64,000 nucleotides of DNA, from contig CATNEN010000039.1 of assembly GCA_950097015.1 (NCBI GenBank), positions 13,454,001 through 13,518,000 of the forward strand. The letters are read 5' to 3'. Origin of the DNA: Macrostomum hystrix (Eukaryota > Animalia > Platyhelminthes). A model generated the notes under the pieces. That model did not search any database, was not told the DNA's origin, and saw only the letters and a program-made list of their open reading frames with translations. A program made the translations under genes and the position numbers. Positions 48,901-62,600 of the stretch are shown one piece after another; the first letter of the stretch is position 1, and each line of letters opens with the position of its first letter.

Positions 48901-51900
48901 CCCCAGCCAATGCTGGTACCCATTTAACAGCTGGGTGAACTGAAGAAACAATGGATTTAAGAATCTAACCCCGACCTTCAAATCTTGCGTATCTAATAGT
49001 CAACAGTTAAGTCGGCCCTGCTGATTTGATTTGCAGGTCCCAGTTGACGCGGCCGACCTACTGCGTCGGTGCTTCGATCCGCTACTACTGCCGCCTTCGA
49101 AGCCGGGCTCACCACTGCCGCAGCCGCATCACAGGCGAGCCATCGTCACGCTGACTGCGGAGTGTCCGGGCTTTGCCGAGCTTCTAACCGAGCGCATTGT
49201 CGCCTGCCTGACTGACCCTGATGTAGCCAGCGTCTCCGCTATGGAGGCCGGTGTTCTACGCACCCCGGACGGTCGTGTGTTCGACTCCGGCGCTCTAGAC
49301 GAAGCGGCCGCAAAAATTCGCGAAGAACTTGAACAGCTGGCGGCTGGCGGCCGCGCCGACGGCTCCGGCACTGGCGCCAATGTCAGGCGAGAGAACCGGC
49401 TGTACAGCTACGCCGACCAGATGGCCGAGCTGGAGCTGCGCCGGGAGCTGGCTGGAAAGAAGGGCGACCAGCAGCTGCAGAAACGACTCGCTACCGCCAT
49501 GGCCGACCAGCTGGCGGCTGAGCGAGCGATCAGAGAGAGACTGGCCGGCTTGGACCGCCGAGTGGAAGCTGCCTTCCAGCTGCTGCTGGGACTCATTGAA
49601 GCCATCGGTGCGCCTGAAATATTCTCTCCCCTGCATCTCCTCTGTATCTACTCCCCTGTATCTACTCCCCTTCATCTTCTCCTCTGTATCTACTCCCCTG
49701 TATCTAGTCTTCCCTGTATCTAGTTTCCCCTGTATCTAGTCTTCCCTGTATCTAGTCTTCCCTGTATCTAGTCTCCCCTGTATCTAGTCTCCCCTGTATC
49801 TAGTCTCCCCTGTATCTAGTCTCCCCTGTATCTAGTATCCCCTGTATCTAGTCTTCCCTGTATCTAGTCTCCCCTGTATCTAGTCTCCCCTGTATCTAGT
49901 CTCCCCTGTATCTAGTATCCCCTGTATCTAGTCTCCCCTGTATCTAGTCTTCCCTGTATCTAGTCTCCCCTGTATCTAGTCTCCCCTGTATCTAGTCTTC
50001 CCCGAGTCTTCTCTCCTGTGTATCTACGTTTTCCTGTTTTCTCTCTCCTTTCTTATCTCTACCATTTATCAAACCTCCCCTGTATTTTCTCGACCGTGTA
50101 CGAAGTATCCACTCTTCTCTTTCTTCTCTCCCATATCTTTTCCCCGTTTCTTATCACTCCCATCTATCTACTCTCCTATGCCTCATTTCTCCCTTTACTT
50201 TCTGATCTCCAATCACTACCTTCTTCTGTCCCTCCACCCTGCTTCTTATTTAACTTCAAATATTCTCTATTTTCCCCTCCACTTAGATCACCCATCTGTG
50301 AGCGACGAGCTGCTGCTGCCGTTGCGTCATCGCTTAGCCGACTGTCTGTCAACTCTGCTAGCCCATCCATTGACCGCTCGCCGAGCCCTAACCGCATTCG
50401 AGTCCCTAGCAACGGTAGGCAAGAACCGCAGTAGCGGCCTAGTATTCGCCAGAGCTCTATTTAGCGTTTGCTCCCCCGCGACAAATTTTACTGGATCGTC
50501 GGCTCGCACCGCTGCTGATTGGTCGGCTGGCCTTGTTGACTTCGCTTTGCGCCGATTGGCTAGCACTGACGATAGCAATGGTACACAAGATCAAGGTGAT
50601 AAGGCCAACGAAATTGAAGGCGATTTCGCCGTAGCTCTGCCGCTATTGCGCTGTGTACTTTTGCACGCCGACGGCGAAGCCTGCAGGCCGGCTCGTTGCG
50701 GCTTTGCCCTGGCTGCAGCGGAGCGCTACTGCCGACTTGCCGCTTCGCCTGATCGGCTGCCTCTGGACAGCCTCCTGCCTACCCTGGCCGGTCACCTACC
50801 TGCGTCTCGGCCTGCCCTCCTGCTCCTGTGCGAACGCTGCGGCCACCGACTCACTCAGGATTGCCTGCGCTCTATTATGAGGTTTGCTTTACTGGCTTAT
50901 GTCGCTAACTGATCTGTCACTCTACCTGATCTGTCACTCTACCTGATCTGTCACTCTACCTGATCTGTCACTCTACCTGATCTGTCACTCTACCTGATCT
51001 GTCACTCTACCTGATCTGTCACTCTACCTGATCTGTCACTCTACCTGATCTGTCACTCTACCTGATCTGTCACTCTATCTGGCTAGTCACTCTACCTGGC
51101 TAGTCACTCTACCTGGCTAGTCACTCTACCTGGCTAGTCACTCTACCTGGCTAGTCACTCTACCTCGCTAGTCACTCTACCTGGCTAGTCACTCTACCTA
51201 ACCACTCACTTAAACTAATCTGTCACTCTGCCTGATCTATTATTCTACCCTTCTGCTACTCTACCGGATCTAGCACTCAAACTTTTCTACCTGATCTTTC
51301 ACACTACCTGATCACCCTGCCTGTCATTAACCCAAAAGCAGTAACAAAGCATTTCTAGCCGGCCAATTCCATCTCAGATGCATCACGAGTTCGGAGGATT
51401 CCCTTGCCGCGCAAACAGCTCTGGAATGCCTGATCCTAGCCAAACCGATCGTTACTAAGGACGCTAAATCTGATGAGCTGCGCTCCGATCTGCTCAGCTA
51501 TGTTCACCTGGCTCTGCACCATCCGGATGCTGATGTAGCCTCTAAAGCTGTTGATGTCTGGCGTCGACATAATTTCGCCTCGGTGATCAACTCAACCTCG
51601 ACGTCGTCGGCAGCTGAATGCGTGGCCAATTTCCATATTCCCCGCCTGGCCTCGCACATATCGGCCATACGGCAGGCCGCCGCTGCGGCTCTAGCCTCTC
51701 TGGCCATTAAAAGTACATTGGAAAACGCCAACGGCGAGACTGACGACGCCAGAGTACTGGCCGTTCTATCGCCAAGCGATATTCTGCGTCGCCTTCTTGA
51801 CCTGTACGCTGAGCTGGCTCACAGGCCTCCAGCCGAGTATGACCAGTTTGGCAGAATGACCCGCGCCAGGCCGCCTGACCGTTGGGAAGGCCGCGCCGCT

Positions 51901-54900
51901 GTGGCAGCCGCTTTAGAGTGTCTGCTGCCAGCGCTGACACCCGCGGAGACCAGGAATTTGTGCGCCAGTTTGGTTGAGTCTCTGCTCAAAGATGACTCGG
52001 ATAAGGTTAGTTAGCAATTTGTAACTTTAATCTACAAGCACTTACCTTTTTTGTTCGATTCCTCATCTTAAAATCAAACAAGGACACTTCCCAAAAACAT
52101 GTTTAGTCGGTGGCGCAAAATCTGAAAAGCTCAATCACTTAAAAAATATATTTTTGTATGTTCAGTCAATTCCTTTCATTGGAATCTGATTTGGAACCCG
52201 ATTTTTTTTTAATTCAGGTTCGCTCGGCTATGCTTAAAATGGGACAACGGGCCGTAGAGCTTCACGGTCGCGACTGTCTAACCGAGCTGGTGTCGCTATT
52301 CGAAAATTTCCTAGAAACAGCCCCGGTAGTTGCCGCATTCGACTCGGTTCGCCAGGGTGTGGTTGTACTTTTAGGCCAGCTGGCCCGCTTCCTGGATGCC
52401 GAGCGGGACCAGGCTCGAATCTGCCGCATTTTCGCTCGCCTGCTGGAAACATTGAGTATTCCCTCCCAGTCTGTTCAGGAGGCTGTGTCTGCCTGCCTGC
52501 CACCGCTGATGCCCGCAATGCGAAAAGACAAGGAGGTCATTGTGGAGAAGCTACTGCTGCAGGTGATTATGCTCGGCTGATAGTTATAATTGCTTTCCTT
52601 GCTTTTCTGCCCATCAATCTGTCAGTGTGTCTGTCCAAGAGTCTGTCAGTGTGTCTGTCCAAGAGTCTGTCAGGTATGTCCATGATACTGTCAGTGTGTC
52701 AGTCCATGAGTCTGTCAGAGTGTCTGTCCATGAGTCTGTCAGAGTGTCTGTCCATGAGTCTGTCAGTGCCTTCCAATGACAAACAGTCGGTGCTCCAAAC
52801 CTGCCCTGTGCCACAGGCCCTAGAGGCGGACTCCTACGCTCAGCGCAAAGGCGCCGCCTATGGTCTGGCCGGCGTCACCAAAGGCCTCGGCATTGCCGTC
52901 CTGAAGGAGATGCAAGTCAACCAGCGCCTGCTAGACGCCATGAAGGACAAGAAAAGTCCGCAGAAGCGAGAGGGCGCCCTGCTGGCCCTGGAACAGATCT
53001 GCCTGGTTTGGGGCCGCCTATTTGAGCCCTACGTTGTCTCAATCCTGCCCAGTCTGCTCATCTGCTGCGGCGACTCGATTGCCTGCGTCAGGCAAGCAGC
53101 CGATGAGTGCTCAATCGCTGTGATGAGCAAGCTCAGTAATCACGGTGTGAAACTGGTCCTGCCATCACTGCTGGTCACCCTGGCCGAGGACAACTGGCGA
53201 ACCAAATGCGCCAGCGTCGACCTTCTAGGCTCCATGTCCTATTGCGCGCCTAAGCAGCTCAGCGCCTGCCTTCCCCAGATTGTTCCCAAACTGATGGAGG
53301 TGCTCACCGATTCGCATGTTCGTGTGCAGAAAGCCGGAGAAGAAGCCCTGGCCAAAATTGGCAAAGTCATCACTAATCCGGAGGTTGGCGAATATGATTT
53401 TGGGGAGTTTTGAGTATGCCAACAAGGCATTGGATTAGGGCTTAGGGACATAGATTTAAGAAACTGGATGTGGGATTTAGAAAGCTCGATATATAATTTC
53501 AGGTCAAGAGCATGGATTCAGCTAATATAGGATTAGTGATTATAGACTATGATCTAGGAATAAAGACATAGGATCAGGATTCGCAAGTAGGATTTAGGAG
53601 GCTGTGTTTTCAATTACGAATTGGGATTTTACTAAGTGGCTTAGGAAAAAGTTTAAAAAGTTTTGGGATTTTAGAAAGTGGATTAGCGATTAGTGAAAAT
53701 GTAGCTGAGAGTTCAGAAAATCGATTAGGGCTAGTGAATAAGGTACTTGAAGTTTAAAAGTAGATTAGCGATTAGTGAAAATGTAGCTGAGAGTTCAGAA
53801 AATCGATTAGGGCTAGTGAATAAGGTGCTTGAAGTTTAAAAGTGGATTAGCGATTAGTGAAAAAGGAACTGTAGTTTTAGAATACAAAACACAGTTTTCA
53901 GGATTAGGAACTGATTTAATTTAATGGACTGCACATTTACTACTCAGATCCGGGACATTGTCCCGCACCTGCTGGACGCCATCCGCGATCCGGACGGTCA
54001 CACCAACGCCGCGCTGCAGCAGCTGCTCAGTGTACAGTTTGTACACAAGATTGACACAGCCTCGCTGGCGCTCATCATGCCAGTTCTGGGCCGGGCCTTC
54101 CGCGATCCATCCACAGATATCAGGAAAACTGCAGCGCTCATTGTTGGCAGCATGTACCGCCTGACTGAGCGAGCCGACCTCACGCCCTACATGGAGGCGC
54201 TGCTGCCGGGACTCAAAAAATGCCTGCTAGACCCGGTGCCAGATGTGCGCTCCGTGGCTGCCAAGGCGCTTGGCTCCATGGTTCGCGAGATGGGAGAGAC
54301 CAGCTTCCAGGTGGGAAGGCTTCACTAGCCTACTCTTTTCAGTAGTATGTTATATTGTGCATGGACTGGAAGGGACGACACACATCCAAATATCTACCTA
54401 TAGTTTTAGGTATTAAAGATCAGTTACTTATAGTTACTTATAGTAGAAGGTGAGGGGCAGAGCGGTTAACGCGTTTTCCCCGCTCCAATCTCCGGAGTCA
54501 GCGACATGGGCAGAATTGCCTCCTCGCTGCCATTGCCTACTGCCCTCCTGCAGTTATTATTATAATTATTCTTATTATTACTCAAAGTAGTTAATGTAGT
54601 AAATGGTCAGAAATTATTTTGAATCCGATTTTATTTGAAATCCCCTTACTGAACAGTCATTTCTAGAGTAAGGCTAAATATTTTTCAAAGCTGGTTACAA
54701 CACAATCTGGGATAAATTCCACAGGACCTGTTCCCATGGCTGATGCGCACCCTGGTCTCAGAGGACAGTCCAATCAATCGCGCCGGTGCAGCCCAGGGTC
54801 TCGCCGAGATGATCGGCGGCATGGGCAGCGCCAAACTGGAGAGCCTCATGCCGGAGCTCATCAACACGGCTAAGCAGCCGGACATTGCGCCGCACGTTCG

Positions 54901-57900
54901 CGACGGCTACCTGCTGATGTTTGTATTCCTGCCGCGCGTATTCCAAGAGGATTTCTCACAGTATGTCAGCGCCACTCTGCCGGCTATTCTGAGCGGCCTA
55001 GCCAACGAAATCGAGTTTGTTAGGGAGACTGCGCTCAAGGCTGGCCAGACTCTGGTTCAGCAGTACTCTAAGATGGCCATCTCGTTACTGCTGCCCGAGT
55101 TAGAGGTGAGAGCGCTGTTGCATTCTTGTATTTATTTTTAATTTACAATGTGTTTAAGCAAAAATATGGCCACGTTATTGGTCAGGTCATGGGCCAGGTT
55201 ATTGGTCAGGTCATGGGCGTGGTTATTGGTCAGGTCATGGGCCAGGTTATTGGTCAGGTCATGGGCCAGGTTATTGGTCAGGTCATGGGCCAGGTTATTG
55301 GTCAGGTCATGGGCGTGGTTATTGGTCAGGTCATGGGCCAGGTTATTGGTCAGGTCATGGGCCAGGTTATTGGTCAGGTCATGGGCGTGGTTATTGGTCA
55401 GGTCATGGGCCAGGTTATTGGTCAGGTCATGGGCCAGGTTATTGGTCAGGTCATGGGCGTGGTTATTGGTCAGGTCATGGGCCTGGTTATTGGTCAGGTC
55501 ATGGGCCAGGTAATTGGTCAAGTCATGGGCCAGGTTATTGGTCAGGTCATGGACCAAGTTATTGGTCAAGTCATGGGCCAGGTTATTGGTCAGGTCATGG
55601 GCCAGGTTATTGGTCAAGTCATGGGCCAGGTTATTGGTCAGGTCATGGGCCAGGTTATTGGTCAAGTCATGGGCCAGGTTATTGGTCAGGTCATGGGCTA
55701 GGTTATTGCTGTTTAGCAAAACATCATCCGTCGTTCTTTAACAAAAAACTCCATTCCAATCCGCTTGTTAAGGTCGGCCTTTTCGACGATAATTGGCGCA
55801 TCCGATACAGCAGCGTTCAACTGCTCGGCGATTTGCTTTATAAGCTCAGCGGAGCCTCCGGCAAGGGAACCACAGTTAGCGCCAACGATGACGACACGAT
55901 GGGCTCTAATCAGGAGTTTAATCGCATCGGCGACCAGCTGGGTCAGGAGAGACGCAACCGCGTGCTTGCCGGCCTGTGAGCTGCCGAAAAACTATTTTTT
56001 AACTATAAATTTTTGTTGTCATATTAGCCTAATACACTGTTCAAAACATTAGATGGTTTCTAAAGTATAAAATTACGACGTACAATTTAATAATTATGGT
56101 CTCTAGTCCTAGTCATCATATAAAATTCAAACAGTTATGTGAGCCGATCCGACTCCGCTCTGTTGGTGCGTCAAGCCTCCTGTCACGTCTGGAAGGTGGT
56201 GGTGCCGCACACTCCGCGCACCCTGCAGGCGATCCTGCCCACCCTGCTGCCAATGCTGTTGGGCAATTTGGCCAGCGCAAGCTCCGATATGCGCGAAGTG
56301 TCCGCTCGCACTCTGGGCGACATTGTGCGCAAACTTGGCGAGCGAGTGCTTCAACACTTGATGCAAATGTTGCAGTCTGGATTAGACAGCGACGATGACA
56401 AGCAGCGCGAAGGTGTCTGCCTGGCACTGTCGGAGATCATGCGTAGCATGCCGCGTGATCATATGCTGGTGAGGAATGTACTCGTAGATGCCAGTAGTGT
56501 CAGTCTAGTGTGCTGGTTTATATTTACAAACAAAATCTATATTTAATCCTTACCAATTCAGTTACGTAGGAAATTTTGTAATTCTGTTATTGCTAGCTCA
56601 AATTAATAATTTACTTACCGATGGATACTAAAATAGGTTAAATTGCTAGTCTGTACTACTGATTTCAGTAGAATAGACAGTGGGTTTATTTGCTAGTCAA
56701 TAATGCTAACTTTATTCTTCTACGAAAGGGTTTCTTTTTCAGTCTATAATAATAATTTCATTATAATACTAAAGGGATTTCATAGCTTGTCTATAATACT
56801 ATTTCCACTATAATACGTCGTCCGAAGGGGGTTATTTGCTAATCTTTTATACTAATTCGAGTATAAAACGAAGGGGTTAAATTGCTATTTTATAAAACTA
56901 TAATTGTATCAAAATACGAAAAGGGTTTATTCGTTAGTCTTCTATAATACTAACTCCACTACAATACGAAGGGGTTTTAATTGCTAATTTATTATATAAA
57001 TTCCACTATTATACGAAGGGGGTTAAATTGCTAGTCTATTATACTAATTTCTCTATTATACCAAGGGGATTTTATTGCAAGTCTATAGTACTAATTTGGT
57101 TAATGTAGGTGGTTTAGTTGCTAGTGTAGTTAGCTCCACTATATATCCTGAATTAAAACCGAATCAATTTTCCCCTCAGTCTTACGCAGACCAACTGGTG
57201 CCGACGGTTCGCCGAGCCCTCGCCGATCCGTTGCCCAGCGTGCGCGTAGCCGCAGCTCGCACATTTGACCAGCTCTACACCGTGCTAGGCCAGCGCGCCC
57301 TTGACGACATCGTCCTTCGCCTGCAGTCCGACTTGGAGGCCGGCGTTTTCGAGAATCCCGAAGCCGCTCTGGACGGCCTCAAGCAGGCCGTGGCAGCCAG
57401 AAGCGAGGTGGCCCTTCCCTACCTGGTGCCCCGGCTCACCCAGGAGCCGGTGAACACCCGCACCCTGGCCATCTTGGCCTCTGTTGCCGGGAACGCCCTC
57501 ACGCCACATTTGACTCGCATCCTGCCGGCTCTGCTTGGCGCTCTGGACCCGGACTCGGATACCCAGTTGGAGCAGTGCCGCTCTGTTATGTACAGCGTTC
57601 GAGATGAGGCGGGCGTGCAGGTTAGTGTGACCCCTTCTCGGGCAGTCGAGCATTTCACACGTTTGCTATATCTGTATTGGATTATAGAGAGCTTGTAGCT
57701 TGTAGTCAGAGAGGCCGGGTATTCACATCTCAGTATAGGGTAAGCAATGAAAATATAAGCCCAGGATTGAACATAGGGACCGAGAGGTGCGAGAGGCAAA
57801 GGCGTTAACCGCTCTGCCACCGACCCCCTGGTACCAGCATCAGCTGGAGTAGAAATCCATGGACTGGAGTAGAAATGGAGTAGAAATCCATCCATCCAGA

Positions 57901-60438
57901 AGTCTAACTTCTATTTCTATTCTATCTAAAACTAAAACTAACTGCTTCCTGGCCCCCTCATCCCCCGCAGCTGACCATCCGGCACCTGACAAGCTCGGAG
58001 CTGTCCAACCAGCCGTTGAACTACCGTCTTGGCGCCGCCCTCCTGCTCCACAGCCTCGCTGAGCGCGACGACTCCACCGAGCTGCTCAGCGAGCACACCG
58101 AGGCGGTACTGCGCGCCTGCCTTCGCAGCTACTGCCTGCAGGACGCCAGGATCATCGCCGCCGCGCACGACTGCCTAACGGCACTGGTTTCTCGATGCCC
58201 GACTCCGCCGGACCTGGTGTCGCCGATTCGCACTGCTGTGCGGCACGTGCTCAGTGAACCGCTGCACCGCGCCACCGTCACCCTGGTGCCCGGCTTCTGC
58301 TCCACTCAGCCGCGCGGAATTGCGCCACTGCTCAACGTCTACCGGGAGGGCCTACTCAGCGGCCAGGTTGAGCAGAAGGAGGCTGCCGCCCTCGGTCTCA
58401 AGGAGCTGATCGAGAGAACCTCGGCCGAAGCATTGAAGGCTTCTGTAAGATCTGACACAAAATCTAATTCTTAACCCGCACAGCTTCACGATCGAAACAG
58501 ATCCAAAACAGAACCCACCTGAAACCTAAACAGAACCCACCTGAAACCTAAACAGAACCCACCTGAAACCTAAACAGAACCCACCTGAAACCTAAACAGA
58601 ACCCACCTGAAACCTAAACAGAATCCACCTGAAACCTAAACAGAATCCACCTGAAACCTAAACAGAATCCACCTGAAACCTAAACAGAACCCACCTGAAA
58701 CCTAAACAGAACCCACCTGAAACATAAACAGAACCCACCTGAAACCTAAACAGAACCCACCTGAAACCTAAACAGAACCCACCTGAAACCTAAACAGAAC
58801 CCACCTGAAACCTAAACAGAACCCACCTGAAACCTAAACAGAACCCACCTGAAACCTAAACAGAATCCACCTGAAACATAAACAGAACCCACCTGAAACC
58901 TAAACAGAACCCACCTGAAACCTAAACAGAACCCACCTGAAACCTAAACAGAACCCACCTGAAACCTAAACAGAACCCACCTGAAACCTAAACAGAACCC
59001 ACCTGAAACCTAAACAGAACCCACCTGAAACCTAAACAGAACCCAACTCAAAGCCCAGCCAGCCAGCTTACTTTGAACCCAACTGTGATCCATCAGGTCG
59101 TGTCAATCACCGGTCCGCTAATCCGAGTACTCGGTGATCGTTTCGCAGCCCAACTGAAATGCGCCGTCATCGACGCCCTGACAGCACTGCTGGGCCGCTG
59201 CGGCCAGGGCATGAAAGCCTTCCTGCCGCAGCTGCAGCTGACACTGTTCAAGGCGCTGGCTGATCCGGCCCAGACGCTGCGCTCCAGAGCTGCTCTGGCG
59301 ATTGGCCAGTTGGCCGGCGTGCACGCCAAGCCAGACCAGATTGCCAGCGAGCTGCTATCGGCGCTAGCCAAGCCCGATGCCTACCAAGCCACCCTGCTGT
59401 CCGCCCTGCGCCAGTGGTGCCTGCTGGCCGGCCGTTCACTATCCCCAGCTGCCTGCGAGTCGGTCTTCAACGCCATTCGCAACGCTCGCCTGTGCGGCTC
59501 CGGCTCTGAGGAAGAATCGGCTCGCGCCTGCGCCGGCGCCTGCGTCGGTCTAGTGGCCGCCGCCTGCCCGCCTGTGGCCGAAGCCGCTCTCGGCCAGTTC
59601 CTCCTGGCATCCCCGCCCAGCGGAGCCGGCGACGCCACCGCCTGGCAGGAGTTGCAGGCGCGCTTAGCGGGCCTGGCTTCCTACCTCGGCGCGGCATCAA
59701 CTGAGGATGTCAACGCAAGACTGGCTGGAATTGAAACTGCCGTCCTGGCTGCCGTGGCTAGCGATAGGCCGCAGGTAATTTTTGAAGCCTTAATGTACTT
59801 TTTAGAACTGCAACTATTTTTAGCCTTTTTACGGAATTTTTGTCTAATTTTACCTTATCTTATTTACTGCACTACTTATAAGTAAAAATGGCGTCATTTT
59901 ATACTTTTGAAAAAAATAGGAAAATATTTACTAACACTACTTACACTAAAAATGACGAAATTTTATATTTATATATTTTTTTAAATATGAAAAAACATGC
60001 AAGGTTGTCGACGCCGGGGTTCGCTGCATCGGCCTGGCACTGGCCAAGGCGCCGCAGTCAGAGCGCCTCACAGCGGCCCTGGTGCGCGCTCAGAAGCACG
60101 AGAACAGCGACGTGAAGCTGCTGGCCAGCCAGGCGGCCTCCTACGCCTGCGAAGCCCTGCCAGATGAACAGCTGCTCAACTATCTGGCCAAGCCGCTGCT
60201 GCCGATGCTGGCCAACGGCACCAGGGAGAAAAACTCCGGCGTGAAGGCGGCCAGCGAGCAGGCCCTAGCCGACGCTTGCCGGCTCTACAGGCCTGAGTCG
60301 GACAAGCGGCTGAGCGCCGACTGCCTGGCCAGGCTGGAACCGGCAATGCGCGACTCGGTGCAGCAGATTGTGGACAAGCTGGCCAGGAAGCAGTGGCAGC
60401 GCCTGCCCGTCTGCCTGGATAGGACTGCCAGCCTGTGA
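42983..60438 (+). CDS. GCN1: GCN1, HEAT-repeat eIF2-alpha kinase activator, ~22 exons
   Basis: Hallmarks [140 protein letters not shown]. Proposed first exon 42983-43082 (MEEVKCF..., T|GTGAGT) splices in phase to 44333 ([13 protein letters not shown]...RRAALL). Last exon 60004-60438. The start codon is less certain than the identity, and not every junction was checked. Confidence 0.93.
43095..43300 (+). mobile_element. tRNA-derived SINE, family B, GCN1 intron 1
   Basis: GGGTTCGATTCTC B-box, CTTCAGTTTATCCAGCTGT, AGTCCATGGACTGAA, TAGCTGCGGCTGTGC. Confidence 0.6.
43318..43495 (-). mobile_element. SINE family A, 3' part
   Basis: Reverse complement of the family A core (CTGCCCTGACTTTCTCATCGTCAGGCAGTGT) and an AAT-rich tail. 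Confidence 0.7.
43540..44277. repeat. 21-bp minisatellite (GTCAGCTGATGTTTTCAAGGT), GCN1 intron 1
   Basis: Tandem array. Confidence 0.95.
45040..45295 (+). mobile_element. SINE family A, degenerate
   Basis: GTTCGATTC, GATGAGAAAGTCAAGGTAGATGTAC, CACACCTGTGTGAG, (ATT)n tail. Confidence 0.7.
46755..46975. repeat. ~29-bp minisatellite (CCCAAATCCCTATGATTGGATATCATCTT) followed by (CCT)n
   Basis: Direct observation in a GCN1 intron. Confidence 0.9.
48760..48990 (-). mobile_element. tRNA-derived SINE, family B (CORE-like central segment)
   Basis: Minus strand CTTCAGTTCACCCAGCTGTTAAATGGGTACC resembles the CORE/MIR-type block; homologous to four other copies in the window. Confidence 0.65.
49625..50002. 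repeat. 18-bp minisatellite (CCCCTGTATCTAGTCT-like), GCN1 intron
   Basis: Tandem array just after the donor at ~49608. Confidence 0.9.
50909..51200. repeat. 19/18-bp minisatellite (CTGATCTGTCACTCTACC), GCN1 intron
   Basis: Tandem array. Confidence 0.9.
52618..52770. repeat. 24-bp minisatellite (GTCTGTCAGTGTGTCTGTCCATGA), GCN1 intron
   Basis: About 6 copies. Confidence 0.85.
53675..53862. repeat. ~82-bp tandem duplication (2.3 copies), GCN1 intron
   Basis: GATTAGCGATTAGTGAAAA recurs at ~53681, ~53763 and ~53845. Confidence 0.85.
55175..55707. repeat. 24-bp minisatellite (GGTTATTGGTCAGGTCATGGGCCA), GCN1 intron
   Basis: Tandem array. Confidence 0.95.
58505..59045. repeat. 22-bp minisatellite (AAACCTAAACAGAACCCACCTG), GCN1 intron
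   Basis: Tandem array. Confidence 0.95.
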
Positions 60439-60764
60439 GGCCGGCTGTCCTGTTGCCATGGTTACCAGTTGTCAGCATTAGTTACCAAGAGTGAAGCCTG
60501 AGTGAGCAGCGACCCGGTTAAGACAACAGTAAACTTGTTTTCAAAGTCGCCAGTTTATTAACAGTCGCCACGTATAGTAATCATATTTATTAACTTATTA
60601 ATTTTTTTTGATTGGCTGTCGCAACTGCTCCGTCTCTAATAAACATTGACGAGAAAGTGTTCTGAACTGGATTTCATTGATGGAGAAAGAAATTATAATC
60701 GCGACTTATTAATACAGTACATTTTAAGTTGCTTTTAACAAGGGAACGTTGTATTGAGAATGCG

Positions 60765-61060
60765 CTGTTTAGGGATTATGTAGTATAGGAAATGTGCAGT
60801 TTGAGGATCATGTAGTATAGGGAATGTTCAGTTTAAGGATCATGTAGTATAGGGAATGTGCCGTTTAAGGATCATGTAGTATAGGGAATGTGCCGTTTAA
60901 GGATCTTGTAGCATAGGGAATGTGCAGTTTAAGGATCATGTAGTATAGGGAATGTGCCGTTTAAGGATCTTGTAGCATAGGGAACGTGCAGTTAAGGGAT
61001 CATGTAGTATAATGAATGTGCGGTTTAACGATCATATAATATAAATAATGTGCGGTTTAA
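60765..61060. repeat. ~31-37-bp minisatellite (GGATCATGTAGTATAGGGAATGTGCCGTTTAA-like)
   Basis: Tandem array downstream of GCN1. Confidence 0.85.
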
Positions 61061-61549
61061 GCAACATGTTGTCCAGTTTAGGTCCAGTTTAAAATTCTGC
61101 TAACACGGTTTTTACACAGTCGAAACAGCACAGTCGTGATAACCTCATTCCATTCACTGAAAATGGAAATTTTCATAGAACTTCCTCCGTGGGACAAACC
61201 AAGGACTTCTATATGATAGCATCTGGACTGGAAGCGAAGAAATACCCACTACCTCATGAGGCCAGTTTTCCCCTGCTTTCTATGGAATCTGTCAAACTGG
61301 GAAATGCAAGATTGGAGATGCAAATGTCGGAAATGCAGAGATGTAATGTTAGCTGGCTAGTTCCTTTCTTCAGATTATTAATTTGTGTTTACCTTGAAGC
61401 AACAACGCAAATTCAAATGCATGGATTAACGCATATGCAGGTGTGCTTCAACAATCGATAACAAACAAAACACGCAGACAATTGTTACTTAGAACTTGCA
61501 GAGTGCTCACAGAGGGCATATTGGCATCAAGTTAAAGTTACTTCAAAGC

Positions 61550-62370
61550 CATGCTACTAACACTGCTAGAATAAGGAAGCGTAGCTCAGAGTGCGTTGGC
61601 TCCGTGGGGATTCTACAAGGACACTAGTGGAAAACTGCATGGAGGTGCAGACAATTCTGGTCCGGTAAAGGCTCCGGTAAAGGCTCTGATTGCGGACAAC
61701 AACAAATGCACGGTTTCGGGGCCTCTGTTTCTCGACTTGTTTCGACAGCCGCGTTACATGCTCTACGGCTGAAGCTGCTTCCAGCAAAAAGCTAGTTTGT
61801 TTTGAGTGGTTCAGGTGTCGCTGCTACGGATCATTGAAGGATTAATACCATATAAATTCTTCAAGCGGAGCTACGAGTTCGGTTTGTGCAACCATCGCCG
61901 AGTGTGATTGGAGCACATGCGCACGGTTTGAGGAGTCACAATGCATTGTATCCACATCGCAGTTTGAGTCTGGGTACCTTTACTATTCCGCGTGGATCCT
62001 TAAGTCATACGCACGAAAATCTATTCCCCAGTGGAGTAACAAGGCTGCTTCTGTTGACCTTTGTGAAGAACAAAGCTTTCAATGGTAGCATGGATACGAA
62101 CCAGTTCAATTTCGAACATGCGAATGTCAGCAGCAAGTATCTGCAAGGACGAGACATTGCATTCGCGATGCAGGACTATGGAAGCGGATACTCAATTTTC
62201 GCGTTTGCGTTGGGAACCGATCCTGGTGTCGGACAAGGTGCTCAACTCTACAACTCTACAACTCTATTCGCACAGGCAACACCCGATGTGTACAAAAATG
62301 CAACGTAGTGTTCGGAGGTCTTTTTGACAAACAGCTACAAATCACCGAACTTCGCGAGTGCCTGCATGGT
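61550..62370 (+). mobile_element. Polinton/Maverick major capsid protein relic
   Basis: Ordered remnants LLTLLE*GS, WGFYKDTSGK, VSGPLFLDLF, ILQAELRVRFVQPSPSVIGAHAHGLRSHNALYP, TFTIPRGSLSHTHENLFPSG, FVKNKAFNGSMDTNQFNFEH, DYGSGYSIFAFALGTD, match the Polinton double-jelly-roll MCP pattern as recalled; interrupted by stops and deletions. Confidence 0.8.
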
Positions 62371-62469
62371 ACAGCATGGAAGTGAATCCGAACATCTGGT
62401 GGCGTGGTGTCACAAACAGATTTCTGCTATCAGTCATTACAAAACTACGTGTCGGTTTGCACAATGCTG

Positions 62470-62600
62470 TTTTTTGGGTGTCTATCCGCAAGATTCGATC
62501 CAGAGTATAAGGAATTCACCTCAAGATGGAAAAGCATACTTTTTGTGTTAATACAGACACTTCAAATCTTCCTGGTAGGCATTGGGTAGTAGTTTGGTTG
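62470..62600 (+). mobile_element. Polinton adenain-like cysteine protease N-terminal relic
   Basis: FLGVYPQD, then after a frameshift VNTDTSNLPGRHWVVVW (NTD..S..PG.HW motif containing the catalytic His). Confidence 0.75.

Noticed and set aside
38632-59700. Numerous antisense ORFs over SNRK and GCN1 exons
   Set aside because: Expected from GC-rich codon usage; no recognisable domains.
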